This document shows positions 1-9,202 of a DNA stretch of 64,000 nucleotides, one piece after another (position 1 is the first letter of the stretch; each line of letters opens with the position of its first letter). The DNA comes from an uncultured Acidobacteriota bacterium. Its GTDB lineage: Bacteria; Acidobacteriota; UBA6911. The translations under genes and the position numbers were made by a program. The notes under the pieces are model-generated. The model saw only the letters and a list, made by a program, of their open reading frames with translations, was not told where the DNA came from and did not search any database. Location of the stretch: positions 64,001 through 128,000 of the forward strand of contig CAWJKZ010000013.1 in assembly GCA_963843575.1 (NCBI GenBank), in the 5' to 3' direction.

Positions 1-1395
1 TCATGGGCGAATATTGTGTTTGCGCATGATGGCCTGGAAGTTGGGGCGGGCGATGCCGACCTCCTGGGCCGCGCGACTGACGTTCCAGCCGTTGCGCTCC
101 AAGGCAGCGAGGGCAAACTCGCGTTCGAGGTCGGCGACGGCCTGTTCCCGGAGCTTCTTCTTGAGCTGCAGGAACTCGTCGTTGTTGCGCGGGATGGGGG
201 TTTCGCTGGTGAATCCACGGGGTCGGACAGCGCTTGGGAGGTGCCGGGGCTCGATAATCTTCCCGTCGCAAGAGATCGCGGCCCACTCGATGGCGCTCTC
301 GAGCTGGCGCACGTTCCCCGGCCAGTCGTGCTGGGTCAGGATGCGCAGGGCTTCTTCAGAGATGCGGTCGACTTCCTTGCCGCTGCGTTCGCGAATCCTG
401 GCCAGGAGGAGTCCCGCCAGGCACGGGACATCCTGCCGGCGGTCGCGCAGGGGCGGCAGATAGATAGGGAAGACGTGCAGCCTGTAGTAAAGGTCCTCCC
501 GGAACGAGCCTTCCGCCACCATCCGGCTCAGGTCACGGTTGGTCGCGAAGATGAGCCGGACGTCTATGTGTTTCGGTTCGGTGCCGCCGACGGGGAGGAA
601 CTCGCGCTCCTGGATGAACCGCAGCAGTTTGCCCTGCACTTCGAGATCGACGTTGCAGATCTCGTCCAGGAAGACCGTCCCGTGGTCCGCAGCCTCGAAC
701 ATCCCTTTCTTGGTCGCGACCGCACCGGTGAACGAACCCTTCACGTGCCCGAAGAGTTCGCTTTCGAGGAGATTGACCGAGAGCGTGCCGCAATCCACGG
801 CGAAGAAGCGCTGATTCTTCCTTGTGCTGGCGCTGTGGATGGCTCGGGCCACGAGCTCTTTCCCGGTGCCGCTCTCGCCGACGATGAGGACCGTGCTCGA
901 GGTCGGCGCGACTTTTCTGATCAGCTTGAAAACCTCCTGCATCGGTGGGCTTTCGCCGACCATCCCTTCAAAACCTTGCACCGGCGCGCCGCTTTCCATC
1001 GCACGGCTTTCGAGGATGCGTCGCCGTTTCTCCCAGGCACTGGCCACCACGGCCCGCATCTCCTCAGGAGTGAAGGGCTTGGGCAGGTAATCGAAGGCGC
1101 CCAGCTTCATCGTCTCGACCACCGATGCGATGGTCGAATACCCGGTGATCACGACCGGAACGATGTCGGGGAATCGGTTGCGCAGCTCCTGCAACAGCTC
1201 CATCCCACCCATCTCCGCCATTTTGAGATCGGTGAAGACGAGATCGAACGGCTCCTGCTCGAGCAGCGCCAAGGCTTGCTTGCCCGAGAGGACGCTCCTT
1301 ACTTCGTAGCCGTGGCGGCCGAGGATCTTCTCGCAGGACTTGCAGATGGAAAGCTCGTCGTCCACGACGAGTACCCGGGGCAGGGGGCTAGTCAT
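1..1395 (-). CDS. Sigma-54-dependent response regulator (NtrC/AtoC family)
   Basis: Receiver domain (VVDDE...DLKM), AAA+ GESGTGKE, GSFTGA loop and C-terminal Fis HTH. Stop at 1-3. Confidence 0.95.
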   Translation of the reverse strand: MTSPLPRVLVVDDELSICKSCEKILGRHGYEVRSVLSGKQALALLEQEPFDLVFTDLKMAEMGGMELLQELRNRFPDIVPVVITGYSTIASVVETMKLGAFDYLPKPFTPEEMRAVVASAWEKRRRILESRAMESGAPVQGFEGMVGESPPMQEVFKLIRKVAPTSSTVLIVGESGTGKELVARAIHSASTRKNQRFFAVDCGTLSVNLLESELFGHVKGSFTGAVATKKGMFEAADHGTVFLDEICNVDLEVQGKLLRFIQEREFLPVGGTEPKHIDVRLIFATNRDLSRMVAEGSFREDLYYRLHVFPIYLPPLRDRRQDVPCLAGLLLARIRERSGKEVDRISEEALRILTQHDWPGNVRQLESAIEWAAISCDGKIIEPRHLPSAVRPRGFTSETPIPRNNDEFLQLKKKLREQAVADLEREFALAALERNGWNVSRAAQEVGIARPNFQAIMRKHNIRP

Positions 1396-3433
1396 CGGGA
1401 TCCTTCTCGTCGGCGGGGACGCGAATGGTGATCTTTGTCCCCCTCCCGGGAGACCTGTCGATGTCTATCGTACCCTTGTGGCGTTCCACGATGCCGTAGG
1501 CGATGGCGAGTCCCAACCCGGTACCCGTCTTCTTCGTGGTGAAAAACGGCTCGAAGAGTTTGCCCATGATTTCCTGCGGGATACCTGGTCCCGTGTCGCT
1601 GATGGAAAGCCGCACGCGGCCCGCGCCGTCTAGCCCCGACGCCACACGGAGCTCGCCGCCGTCGGGCATGGCTTCGGCGGCATTGATGACGATATTGAGC
1701 ACAACCTGGCGCATCTGGTCGTGATCGGCCATCACTGCCGGCAGGTTGGGATCGAGCATGGTGTGTAGATCGATGTTGCGGAAAATGGCCTGGTTGCGCA
1801 CCAGGCTCAGGATGTCGTCGACCACGCCGTTGAGGTCCACCTTCTGCTTCTGGGGCTTGGTCTGCCGGGCGAAATCCAACAGCCCCTTGACGATCTTGCG
1901 GCAGCGCAGCGTCTCGTCCACGATCAGCTGCAGGTCCTCCCGGCGCGGGTCTCCGTGCGGGAAGTCCTCGACCATGAGGCTACTGTTGGTAAGGATGCCG
2001 GTGAGTGGGTTGTTGATCTCGTGGGCGACGCCCGCCGCCAGCTTGCCGATGGCCGCGAGCTTCTCGGTCTGGATGAGGTTCCCCTGCATCGCTTTGAGCT
2101 GGGCGGTGCGCTCTTCGACCTTCGATTCGAGATTGGCGGCCGACTCCCGCAGTTCCCGGGCGGAGCTCTCCAGTTCCCGCGTCATGCGGTTGAAACACTC
2201 GGCCAGGTGTCCGATCTCGTCATGGGTGGTCACCTCCACCTGCGGCGTATAGTCGCCGTCGGCCACCTTCTGCGCGGCCTCTGCCATGGCGTGGATCGGG
2301 CGAGAGATACGGCCTGCGACCGTGACGGCCACCCAGCTCACGATGGCGACGCCGAGCAGCGTGATCCCCAGAAAGAGAATGAGTGTGCGCCAGAGGCTGT
2401 CGGAATACGGGCGCTCCAAAGTACCGACGTACAGCATGCCGATAATGTCGTCGTTCGGCCCGCGGATGGGAGCGTAGGCCGACAGGTACCAGTCGTTGAC
2501 GACGAAGGCGCGGCCGCGCCAGGTCTGCCCGCGCCGCAGTACGGCCTCGGCTACCTCCGCCGAGACCCGGGTCGTGATCGCCCGGGTGCCGTCGGCGTTG
2601 TAGACATTGGTCGAGATACGCACGTCGTCCTGGAAGATCGTGGCCGTACCGACCTCGCGCCCCCGGTACATCTCCTCCTTGAAGACGATCTTGCGCACCC
2701 GGTCCACGATGTCGTAGCTGCGGTTGATGAGCACGCCGCCGTACAGGACGCCGATGAGTCTCCCGCGCGGGCTGAAAACCGGCGCGGCCGCCTTGAAGAC
2801 CATTCCGGATGTCTGTCGCCGCTTGGCCGAAGGCTCGGCCATGGGGGTCGGGGTGAGCTCCATCAGCGCCTGCCTGGCAAGTTCGGGCGACTCCGCCGCC
2901 AATTCCGCCGCGGAAACTATGACGGCGGAGGCGCAGGGGGCTTTCTCCCGGATCGTCCTGCTCACCAGATCGTCCCCCGCCTGGCTGTCGCCTTTGAGCG
3001 CCGGGTTGCGTGTCCGATAAAACACGCGGCCCGAGTCGTCGGTCAGGGTCAGGATATCGAGCCCCTCGGCCGCTCTTACCCGTTCCATCTCGGGGCCGAG
3101 GGCGCCGTCGTCGTTGCGATCGAGCGCGCCATAGATGATCATCCGGGTGGCGTGGATGCGGAGTGCATCCTGGAGTCTCTCCAGATAGTTACGGGAGATT
3201 TCGCGCGCACCCTCCAAGTCCGAGTCCACCTGTGTCTGGGCGCGCGTGTAGATCTGGTCATAGATCACCTTCACGCCAACGACAACGGTGACGAGCGAAG
3301 GGATCAGGATGGCGCTGGTGAAACTGCTGATGAGTTTCCGGCGGATGCTCGATCTGGTAACAGGCTTGGTCCCGCCAACCTGCTCCTCAGATGCGGCGGT
3401 TCTGACACTGGACACGGCCAACAACCCCCTCAC
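1388..3433 (-). CDS. Membrane sensor histidine kinase (Cache-HAMP-HisKA-HATPase)
   Basis: Two TM helices, Cache-like periplasmic domain, HAMP, AHEINNPL H-box and GTGLGL G-box. Start placed at a GTG overlapping the MarR TGA; true start uncertain. Confidence 0.9.
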   Translation of the reverse strand: MRGLLAVSSVRTAASEEQVGGTKPVTRSSIRRKLISSFTSAILIPSLVTVVVGVKVIYDQIYTRAQTQVDSDLEGAREISRNYLERLQDALRIHATRMIIYGALDRNDDGALGPEMERVRAAEGLDILTLTDDSGRVFYRTRNPALKGDSQAGDDLVSRTIREKAPCASAVIVSAAELAAESPELARQALMELTPTPMAEPSAKRRQTSGMVFKAAAPVFSPRGRLIGVLYGGVLINRSYDIVDRVRKIVFKEEMYRGREVGTATIFQDDVRISTNVYNADGTRAITTRVSAEVAEAVLRRGQTWRGRAFVVNDWYLSAYAPIRGPNDDIIGMLYVGTLERPYSDSLWRTLILFLGITLLGVAIVSWVAVTVAGRISRPIHAMAEAAQKVADGDYTPQVEVTTHDEIGHLAECFNRMTRELESSARELRESAANLESKVEERTAQLKAMQGNLIQTEKLAAIGKLAAGVAHEINNPLTGILTNSSLMVEDFPHGDPRREDLQLIVDETLRCRKIVKGLLDFARQTKPQKQKVDLNGVVDDILSLVRNQAIFRNIDLHTMLDPNLPAVMADHDQMRQVVLNIVINAAEAMPDGGELRVASGLDGAGRVRLSISDTGPGIPQEIMGKLFEPFFTTKKTGTGLGLAIAYGIVERHKGTIDIDRSPGRGTKITIRVPADEKDPDD

Positions 3434-4044
3434 CGTTTGCCGGCGGGGCGCACGCGGGGCTCTCCCGCCCCTTTTCGCTCGCCGTCCTTCTGGCGCATGT
3501 AAAGACACTGCCGGCTCATCTCCTGCCCGAGTAGACAGCGCTCCCGGAAGTAGATCCCGCACTGCACGCAGACATCCTCCGACTTGGCGGAGTACGCGAT
3601 GATCAGGGCCGACACCCGATCCAGCAATCGCGTCAAGTCGGACAGGGCGTCGGGCGGCATTTCGCCGAGTATTTCCGCGAGCTTCTCCCGTGTGGCCGAT
3701 TCATGCGCCTCAAGCAATCGCCGGCCCGGCCCGGTGACCGACAGGTGGATGGCACGCCGATCCGCTTCCCCCTCGCTCCGCCTCAGGAACATGCGGCGCA
3801 CCAGCTTGTCCACTGCTTTGCTCGCCGCCGCATTGCTGATCCCCAGGAACGCAGCCACGTCGCCGATCTTGTGCTCCCCCGAGAGCGCAACCAGCTTGAG
3901 CAGCTTTAACTGCGAGACTGTCAACTGATTGCCCGCCGCCTCGCGCCAGACCTTTTCCTCGATGATCTGCGAGACCGCGTTCGCGAAGATATGAGCGCTC
4001 CCCAGGAAGGCCCGGATCACGTCCGCCTTGTTCGCATCCGACAT
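3430..4044 (-). CDS. MarR-family regulator with C-terminal Cys-rich extension
   Basis: wHTH (AAASKAVDKLV...DRR) followed by CVQC-x7-C-x9-C. RBS AGGGG upstream of ATG 4044. Confidence 0.85.
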   Translation of the reverse strand: MSDANKADVIRAFLGSAHIFANAVSQIIEEKVWREAAGNQLTVSQLKLLKLVALSGEHKIGDVAAFLGISNAAASKAVDKLVRRMFLRRSEGEADRRAIHLSVTGPGRRLLEAHESATREKLAEILGEMPPDALSDLTRLLDRVSALIIAYSAKSEDVCVQCGIYFRERCLLGQEMSRQCLYMRQKDGERKGAGEPRVRPAGKR

Positions 4045-4159
4045 GGGATCAGCCCCTCCTCGGCTTGCCCTGCAGCCGTTACCCACCACCGTTGGGCGAC
4101 CTCACGCATCCCGGTACGCTCCGATGCACACCCGCGGGTTATTCCACCCAGAGATGGTC

Positions 4160-4270
4160 ATTTAACCAAGTTTACTATAATTCAGGTTTACTATCACGTG
4201 TGTTTCACATGTGCACGATCTGACTATTTTACTTCATCCGGTTCATTTCAGTGAAGTTATTCGACTTCGC
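4160..4270. promoter_or_regulatory. AT-rich divergent promoter region with candidate operators
   Basis: Direct repeat GTTTACTAT at 4170-4178 and 4186-4194. Imperfect palindrome CACGTGTG-TTT-CACATGTG at 4195-4213. Lies between the divergent marR and hdrC genes. Confidence 0.5.
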
Positions 4271-4404
4271 AGATAGGGCGTCCCGCCGGGGCTCGTTGGA
4301 AGGACATGTGCATGGGTCTTCGTGACAACTCTTGGAGGCCAGTACGCGAACCCCGTTCATCAGCGGCCGTCCCACCCAATCGTCCACACCCAGGAGGATC
4401 TGCC

Positions 4405-4986
4405 ATGGGGGCAGTGCAACAAACCGTTCTTTATGAACAGGCGATGGACCCGCACCTGCTCGAGGAGATCTGCTCCACGCCCGGGGGCGCCAAGATAAAG
4501 GACTGCATCCAGTGCGGCACCTGCAGCGGATCGTGCCCGGTGTCCTGGGCGATGGAGGAGACGCCGCGTCAGATCTTCGCGATGATCCGGGCCGGAATGA
4601 AGGAAAGACTCCTCGACACTCTTACGATCTGGACGTGCGCGTCCTGCTACCAGTGCGCGAGCCGCTGCCCGCAGCAGATCAAGATCACCGACGTCATGTA
4701 TGCGCTCAAGCGCATGGCCATCCGCGAAAACCGCACCCGCAGCAAGAAAGCCCGGCTGTTCGCCCAGGAATTCGCGGCGGTGGTCAACCGGCACGGGCGG
4801 GGCCGAGAGACGGAGCTGATGGTGCGCTACATGCTGGCCACCAACCCTCTCGGCGCGTTGTCCGCGGCCCCTGTCGGCATCAACCTGTTCACGCGCGGCC
4901 GGCTTCCGCTCGGCGGGGGATCGGTGCGCGACATCGCAGGCCTCCGGAAGATCATCGCCAAGGCCGGTGAACTGGGAGGTGAGTGA
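4405..4986 (+). CDS. hdrC: Heterodisulfide reductase subunit C
   Basis: CIQCGTCSGSCP and CASCYQCASRCP motifs. AGGAGG RBS. Confidence 0.92.
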   Translation: MGAVQQTVLYEQAMDPHLLEEICSTPGGAKIKDCIQCGTCSGSCPVSWAMEETPRQIFAMIRAGMKERLLDTLTIWTCASCYQCASRCPQQIKITDVMYALKRMAIRENRTRSKKARLFAQEFAAVVNRHGRGRETELMVRYMLATNPLGALSAAPVGINLFTRGRLPLGGGSVRDIAGLRKIIAKAGELGGE

Positions 4987-5864
4987 TGCGGTACGCGTAT
5001 TTTCCGGGTTGTTCGCTCGATTCCACGGCACGACCTTACGGCGAGTCGGTTGAGGCGGTCGCTTCCGCACTGGGCATGGAACTGGTCGAGGTAGACGACT
5101 GGAACTGTTGCGGCGCGACCGCCTACATGTGCGTAAACGAGATCCTCTCGTTCAGCCTGAACGCCCGCAACCTGTGCCAGGCCTCCAAGACGGGAGGGCC
5201 GCTGGTCACGCCGTGCAGCGCCTGCTTTACGAACCTGCGCAAGACCGAGAAGTATCTGGCAGACTTCCCGGACATAAAGAAGAAGGTCGACGCTGCCCTG
5301 GCCGAGGCGGGTTTGCGCTACGACGGCGGCATCGAGACGAAGCACCTGTTACAGGTGGTCGTCGAGGATGTCGGGCTGGAGCGCCTGAAGAGCGCGGTGA
5401 AAAAGCCGCTAGCAGGGTTGCGGGTCGCACCGTACTACGGCTGCCAGATCGCCAGGCCGTACGGCATCGAAGACGACAGCGACGACCCGACGATGCTCGA
5501 TCGCCTCCTGGCCGGGCTTGGGGCGACGCCCACCCACTTCCCGATGAAGACGGTCTGCTGCGGCGGCTCCCTCATCGGAACCCGCGAGGAAGTCGCCCTG
5601 CGGCTCTGCCGTAACCTGCTCATGTGCGCCCAGCAGGATGCGGCCGACTGTATCGCGGTCGCCTGCCCCGTGTGTCAACTCAACCTGGACGCCTACCAGG
5701 CGGCGATCAACAAGTCCTACGGGACGGACTTCAACATCCCTGTCGTCTATTTCACCCAGCTGATCGGTCTCGCGCTGGGGCTCGAGTCCGACGCCCTCGG
5801 ACTGCAGCGCTGCATCGTGCCGGCGACGAGAGTTTTCGCCCGGTTTGCACAGGAGACGCGATGA
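4986..5864 (+). CDS. hdrB: Heterodisulfide reductase subunit B
   Basis: YFPGC, WNCCGA, YYGCQ and VCCGG: two CCG domains. Confidence 0.93.
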   Translation: MRYAYFPGCSLDSTARPYGESVEAVASALGMELVEVDDWNCCGATAYMCVNEILSFSLNARNLCQASKTGGPLVTPCSACFTNLRKTEKYLADFPDIKKKVDAALAEAGLRYDGGIETKHLLQVVVEDVGLERLKSAVKKPLAGLRVAPYYGCQIARPYGIEDDSDDPTMLDRLLAGLGATPTHFPMKTVCCGGSLIGTREEVALRLCRNLLMCAQQDAADCIAVACPVCQLNLDAYQAAINKSYGTDFNIPVVYFTQLIGLALGLESDALGLQRCIVPATRVFARFAQETR

Positions 5865-6724
5865 ACACCAAAATCGGGGTTTATATCTGCCACTGCGGCA
5901 CCAATATTTCCGGCAAGGTAAACGTCTCCGAAGTCACGGAGTTCGCCCGGACGCTCCCCGCCGTAGCGGTCGCGCGGGAGTACAAGTTCATGTGCTCGGA
6001 TCCCGGCCAGATCCTCATACAGGACGATATCAAGAACGCGGGGCTGGACCGGGTCGTGGTGGCTTCCTGCTCCCCTCTGATGCACGAGCCGACCTTCCGA
6101 GGCGCCTGCGAGCGCGCGGACCTCAATCGCTATCTCTTCCAGATGGCGAACATCCGCGAGCATTGTTCCTGGGTGACGGTCGACCCGAATGCGGCGACCG
6201 ACAAGGCGAAGGCACTGGTGGCGGCCGCGGTCGCAAAGGCGTCGGCGCTGGACCCGCTCCCGCGCAAGACGGTCCCAGTCAAAAATGCCGCCGTGGTGGT
6301 TGGGGGCGGCATCGCGGGGATACAGGCGGCACTCGACATCGCGGATTCCGGGCGCACCGTGTACCTGATCGAGCGCGAGCCCTCGATCGGGGGGCACATG
6401 GCCCGCTTCGACAAGACCTTCCCGACGCTCGACTGCGCGGCGTGCATCCTCACGCCGAAGATGGTGCAGGTGGGCAAGCACCCCAACATCAAGCTGATGC
6501 CCTCGACCGAGGTGGAGGAGGTCAGCGGCTTTGTCGGCAACTTCCGGGTGAAGGTCCGGCACAAGGCGACCTACGTGGACAAGGACAAGTGTTCGGGGTG
6601 CGGCATGTGCTGGGAGTCCTGCCCGGCCCGGAAGATCCCTGCGCGCCGGGTGATTCGAAAGGGAAAGCTCATGATCGGTCGGAGCGCCAACGGGAACGGT
6701 TTCCACGGCGGCAGCGCGAAATGA
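5861..6724 (+). CDS. hdrA: Heterodisulfide reductase subunit A, N-terminal half (split hdrA)
   Basis: GVYICHCG, ASCSP, REHCSW, GGGIAG FAD motif, DKTFPTLDCAAC and one CxxCxxCxxxCP. Stops after ~287 aa with an ATGA overlap into the next gene. Confidence 0.9.
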   Translation: MNTKIGVYICHCGTNISGKVNVSEVTEFARTLPAVAVAREYKFMCSDPGQILIQDDIKNAGLDRVVVASCSPLMHEPTFRGACERADLNRYLFQMANIREHCSWVTVDPNAATDKAKALVAAAVAKASALDPLPRKTVPVKNAAVVVGGGIAGIQAALDIADSGRTVYLIEREPSIGGHMARFDKTFPTLDCAACILTPKMVQVGKHPNIKLMPSTEVEEVSGFVGNFRVKVRHKATYVDKDKCSGCGMCWESCPARKIPARRVIRKGKLMIGRSANGNGFHGGSAK

Positions 6725-7083
6725 ACTCACTGCCACAACCGCGGACCCTGACCCTGGCCCAGGTACGGGACATGCTGAACGCCCAGGCCTTCACCGAACT
6801 CGATCTCTCGGCTCCTGTCCAGCGGGTGGGCGCGGCGGATCTGATGAGCGACGTGCTCGCTCTGGGCTGGCCGGGGATGCTCCTGCTGACGGGCCTGGTC
6901 GGCCCCCAGGTGATTCGGACTGCCATCGTGGCGGACCTGTGCGGGGTCGTTTTCGTGCGCGGGAAAAAGCCTAGCGATGACATCCTGGCACTGGCGTTGA
7001 AGGCCCGAATCCCGGTCCTGGGGACGGCACTGACGATGTTCGAGGCGGCGGGGGTGCTCTACGGAGCAATCGGCGGCAGGTGA
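6721..7083 (+). CDS. DRTGG-domain protein
   Basis: AADLMSDVL...LLLTGL...VFVRGKKP pattern typical of hydrogenase-cassette DRTGG proteins. Confidence 0.85.
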   Translation: MNSLPQPRTLTLAQVRDMLNAQAFTELDLSAPVQRVGAADLMSDVLALGWPGMLLLTGLVGPQVIRTAIVADLCGVVFVRGKKPSDDILALALKARIPVLGTALTMFEAAGVLYGAIGGR

Positions 7084-7086
7084 GCG

Positions 7087-7518
7087 ATGGAGCGCGAGGA
7101 GTTCGAGTCCAGCTACCAGGTCGCCGGCCGCGACTTCACGAACGCCGGGAGGGTCTCGACCGACATTAAGGACACGCTCAAGCGCCTCGGCGTCGCCCCG
7201 TCGATCATGCGCAGGGTCGCGATCGCCTGCTACGAGGCGGAGATGAACATAGTCATGTACGCCCATCGCGGGCGGATGGCCCTCCGGGTCAGCCCCCGGG
7301 TGGTGACCATCGAAGCCGCCGACGAAGGACCGGGCATCCAGGACATTGAGCTTGCGATGCAGGAGGGTTATTCGACGGCGACGCCGGAGATGAGAGAAAT
7401 GGGGTTCGGCGCCGGGATGGGGCTGCCGAACATCCGCAGAAACAGCGACGAACTCGAGATCAGTTCCACCGTCGGCCGGGGCACACGGCTGGTGATCCGC
7501 GTGCTCCAATCCGCGTGA
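7087..7518 (+). CDS. Anti-sigma-factor-type Ser/Thr kinase (RsbT/RsbW-like HATPase)
   Basis: YEAEMN, DEGPGI, GYST and GAGMGLPN motifs. Confidence 0.88.
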   Translation: MEREEFESSYQVAGRDFTNAGRVSTDIKDTLKRLGVAPSIMRRVAIACYEAEMNIVMYAHRGRMALRVSPRVVTIEAADEGPGIQDIELAMQEGYSTATPEMREMGFGAGMGLPNIRRNSDELEISSTVGRGTRLVIRVLQSA

Positions 7519-8852
7519 GGAAGAACGTGGCCGCTCAGTACCATCATTCGTTGCGGTTCGATTCCGAGAATTGCGACGGCTGCATGTCCTGTCTGCGTGC
7601 CTGCCCGACGGCAGCGGTGCGGGTGCGCAACGGCCACGCGGTCAAGCTGGCGGACCGGTGCATCGATTGCGGCGAGTGCATCCGGGTCTGCCCCCGCGGC
7701 GCCATCGTTCCCCTCACAAACCACATGGCCGACCTGTCGAAGTTCGAGTGCACGGTGGCCGTGCCCTCGCCGGCCCTCTACGCCCAGTTCGACGCCGATG
7801 TGTCGCCGGGCGCCATCTTCGCCGCCCTCCGCCAGTGCGGCTTTGACGATGTGGAGTGCCTGTCGCCGGCCTGCGATTCCGTCAGCGCGGCCACCGAGAT
7901 GTACCTCAACGCGTACCGGGGCCAGTATCCTCTTATCTCGTCGTTCTGCCCGACCGTGGTCCGGCTAGTCCAGGTGAAGTATCCCGAACTGGTGGACCAA
8001 CTGCTGCCGGTACTGGCTCCGCGCGAGGTTTCCGCCCGGGACGCCAAGGCCCGCAAATCGGCCGAGACCGGCCTTGCCCCCGATCAGATTGGCGCGGTGT
8101 ACATCACCCCGTGCCCCGGCAAGATGGTGGCCATCCTGGAACACCCCGGCATGCAGAGGTCATATCTTGACACCGCCATCTCCATCAGCGACCTCTTCCA
8201 GACCCTTGCGGCGGCAGTCGCCGGTATCGACGATTCCGAGGCGTACCGGCAGGCCGCCGAAACCGCCTCGGGTGTGAGCTGGGCCTTCATGGGCGGTTTG
8301 CCGCGTTCGCTCCCCGCCGAGAACACCCTCGCGGTCGCCGGCCTCCCCAACGTGATCCGCATCCTGGACGACGTCGAAAAGGGGAAGCTTCGGAGGTACT
8401 CGTTCATCGACTGCCACGCCTGCGCCGAGGGGTGTGTGGGCGGATGCCTCACGGTGGAAAACCCGTACGTGGCGCGCGGCAAGATGATCATGTTGTGGCA
8501 GACACTCCCTGCCGGCCCGGCGCTTGACCGCGACGACGTGGAGCGGCGCTACCGCGAAGGCGCGTTCCTGATGGACGAGCCCCTGGCGAGCCGCCCGCTC
8601 AGGCCGCTCGACGAGGACATCTCGCGTGCCATCGCCAAGATGAAGCAGAGGGACCGGATCGTGGCGACCCTGCCCGGGATCGACTGCGGCGCCTGCGGCG
8701 CTCCGTCTTGCCGGGCCTTTGCCGAGGACGTGGTCCTCGGGGACGCCGGGGAAGAGTCGTGCGTCTTCTTTCTCCAGCAGGAGCTCACCGACAGGATCGA
8801 AGGGCTCGCACGCCTCGTCCAGGGCAAGCGCCCCGATGGAGGCCTGAAATGA
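7515..8852 (+). CDS. [FeFe]-hydrogenase-like Fe-S protein (putative sensory, group D/HydS-like)
   Basis: N-terminal 2x[4Fe-4S]. Divergent H-cluster motifs SSFCP, TPCPGK and CHACAEGCVGG. C-terminal DCGACGAPSC Fe-S domain. Confidence 0.8.
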   Translation: MRKNVAAQYHHSLRFDSENCDGCMSCLRACPTAAVRVRNGHAVKLADRCIDCGECIRVCPRGAIVPLTNHMADLSKFECTVAVPSPALYAQFDADVSPGAIFAALRQCGFDDVECLSPACDSVSAATEMYLNAYRGQYPLISSFCPTVVRLVQVKYPELVDQLLPVLAPREVSARDAKARKSAETGLAPDQIGAVYITPCPGKMVAILEHPGMQRSYLDTAISISDLFQTLAAAVAGIDDSEAYRQAAETASGVSWAFMGGLPRSLPAENTLAVAGLPNVIRILDDVEKGKLRRYSFIDCHACAEGCVGGCLTVENPYVARGKMIMLWQTLPAGPALDRDDVERRYREGAFLMDEPLASRPLRPLDEDISRAIAKMKQRDRIVATLPGIDCGACGAPSCRAFAEDVVLGDAGEESCVFFLQQELTDRIEGLARLVQGKRPDGGLK

Positions 8853-9202
8853 ACGTCGAACAGCTTGCAGCGCAGCTCGGTGCGGAAGTGGTATGCGGGG
8901 GGGCTCGGGCCGCGAGCCGCGAGATCCTCGGCGGCTACGCCTCGGACCTGCTTTCGGACGTGATGGCCAATAGCTGCGAAGGGGACCTCTGGGTGACGCT
9001 GCAGCGGCACGTCAATGTCGTGGCGGTGGCCCAGCTCAAAGGGCTGGCCGGGATCCTCCTGGTGAACGGGCGCCGGCCCGAGCCGGCCGCAGCCGAACGC
9101 GCGGACGTGGAGGGCATTCCGATCGTCACCACGGGATTGCCGGCGTTTGAGGTGATCGGCCGCCTTTGCGGGATGGGCATCGGGGGAAGGAGGTCGGGCT
9201 GA
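8849..9202 (+). CDS. DRTGG-domain protein
   Basis: GYASDLLSDVM...WVTLQRHVNVVAVA pattern. ATGA overlap with the upstream gene. Confidence 0.85.
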   Translation: MNVEQLAAQLGAEVVCGGARAASREILGGYASDLLSDVMANSCEGDLWVTLQRHVNVVAVAQLKGLAGILLVNGRRPEPAAAERADVEGIPIVTTGLPAFEVIGRLCGMGIGGRRSG

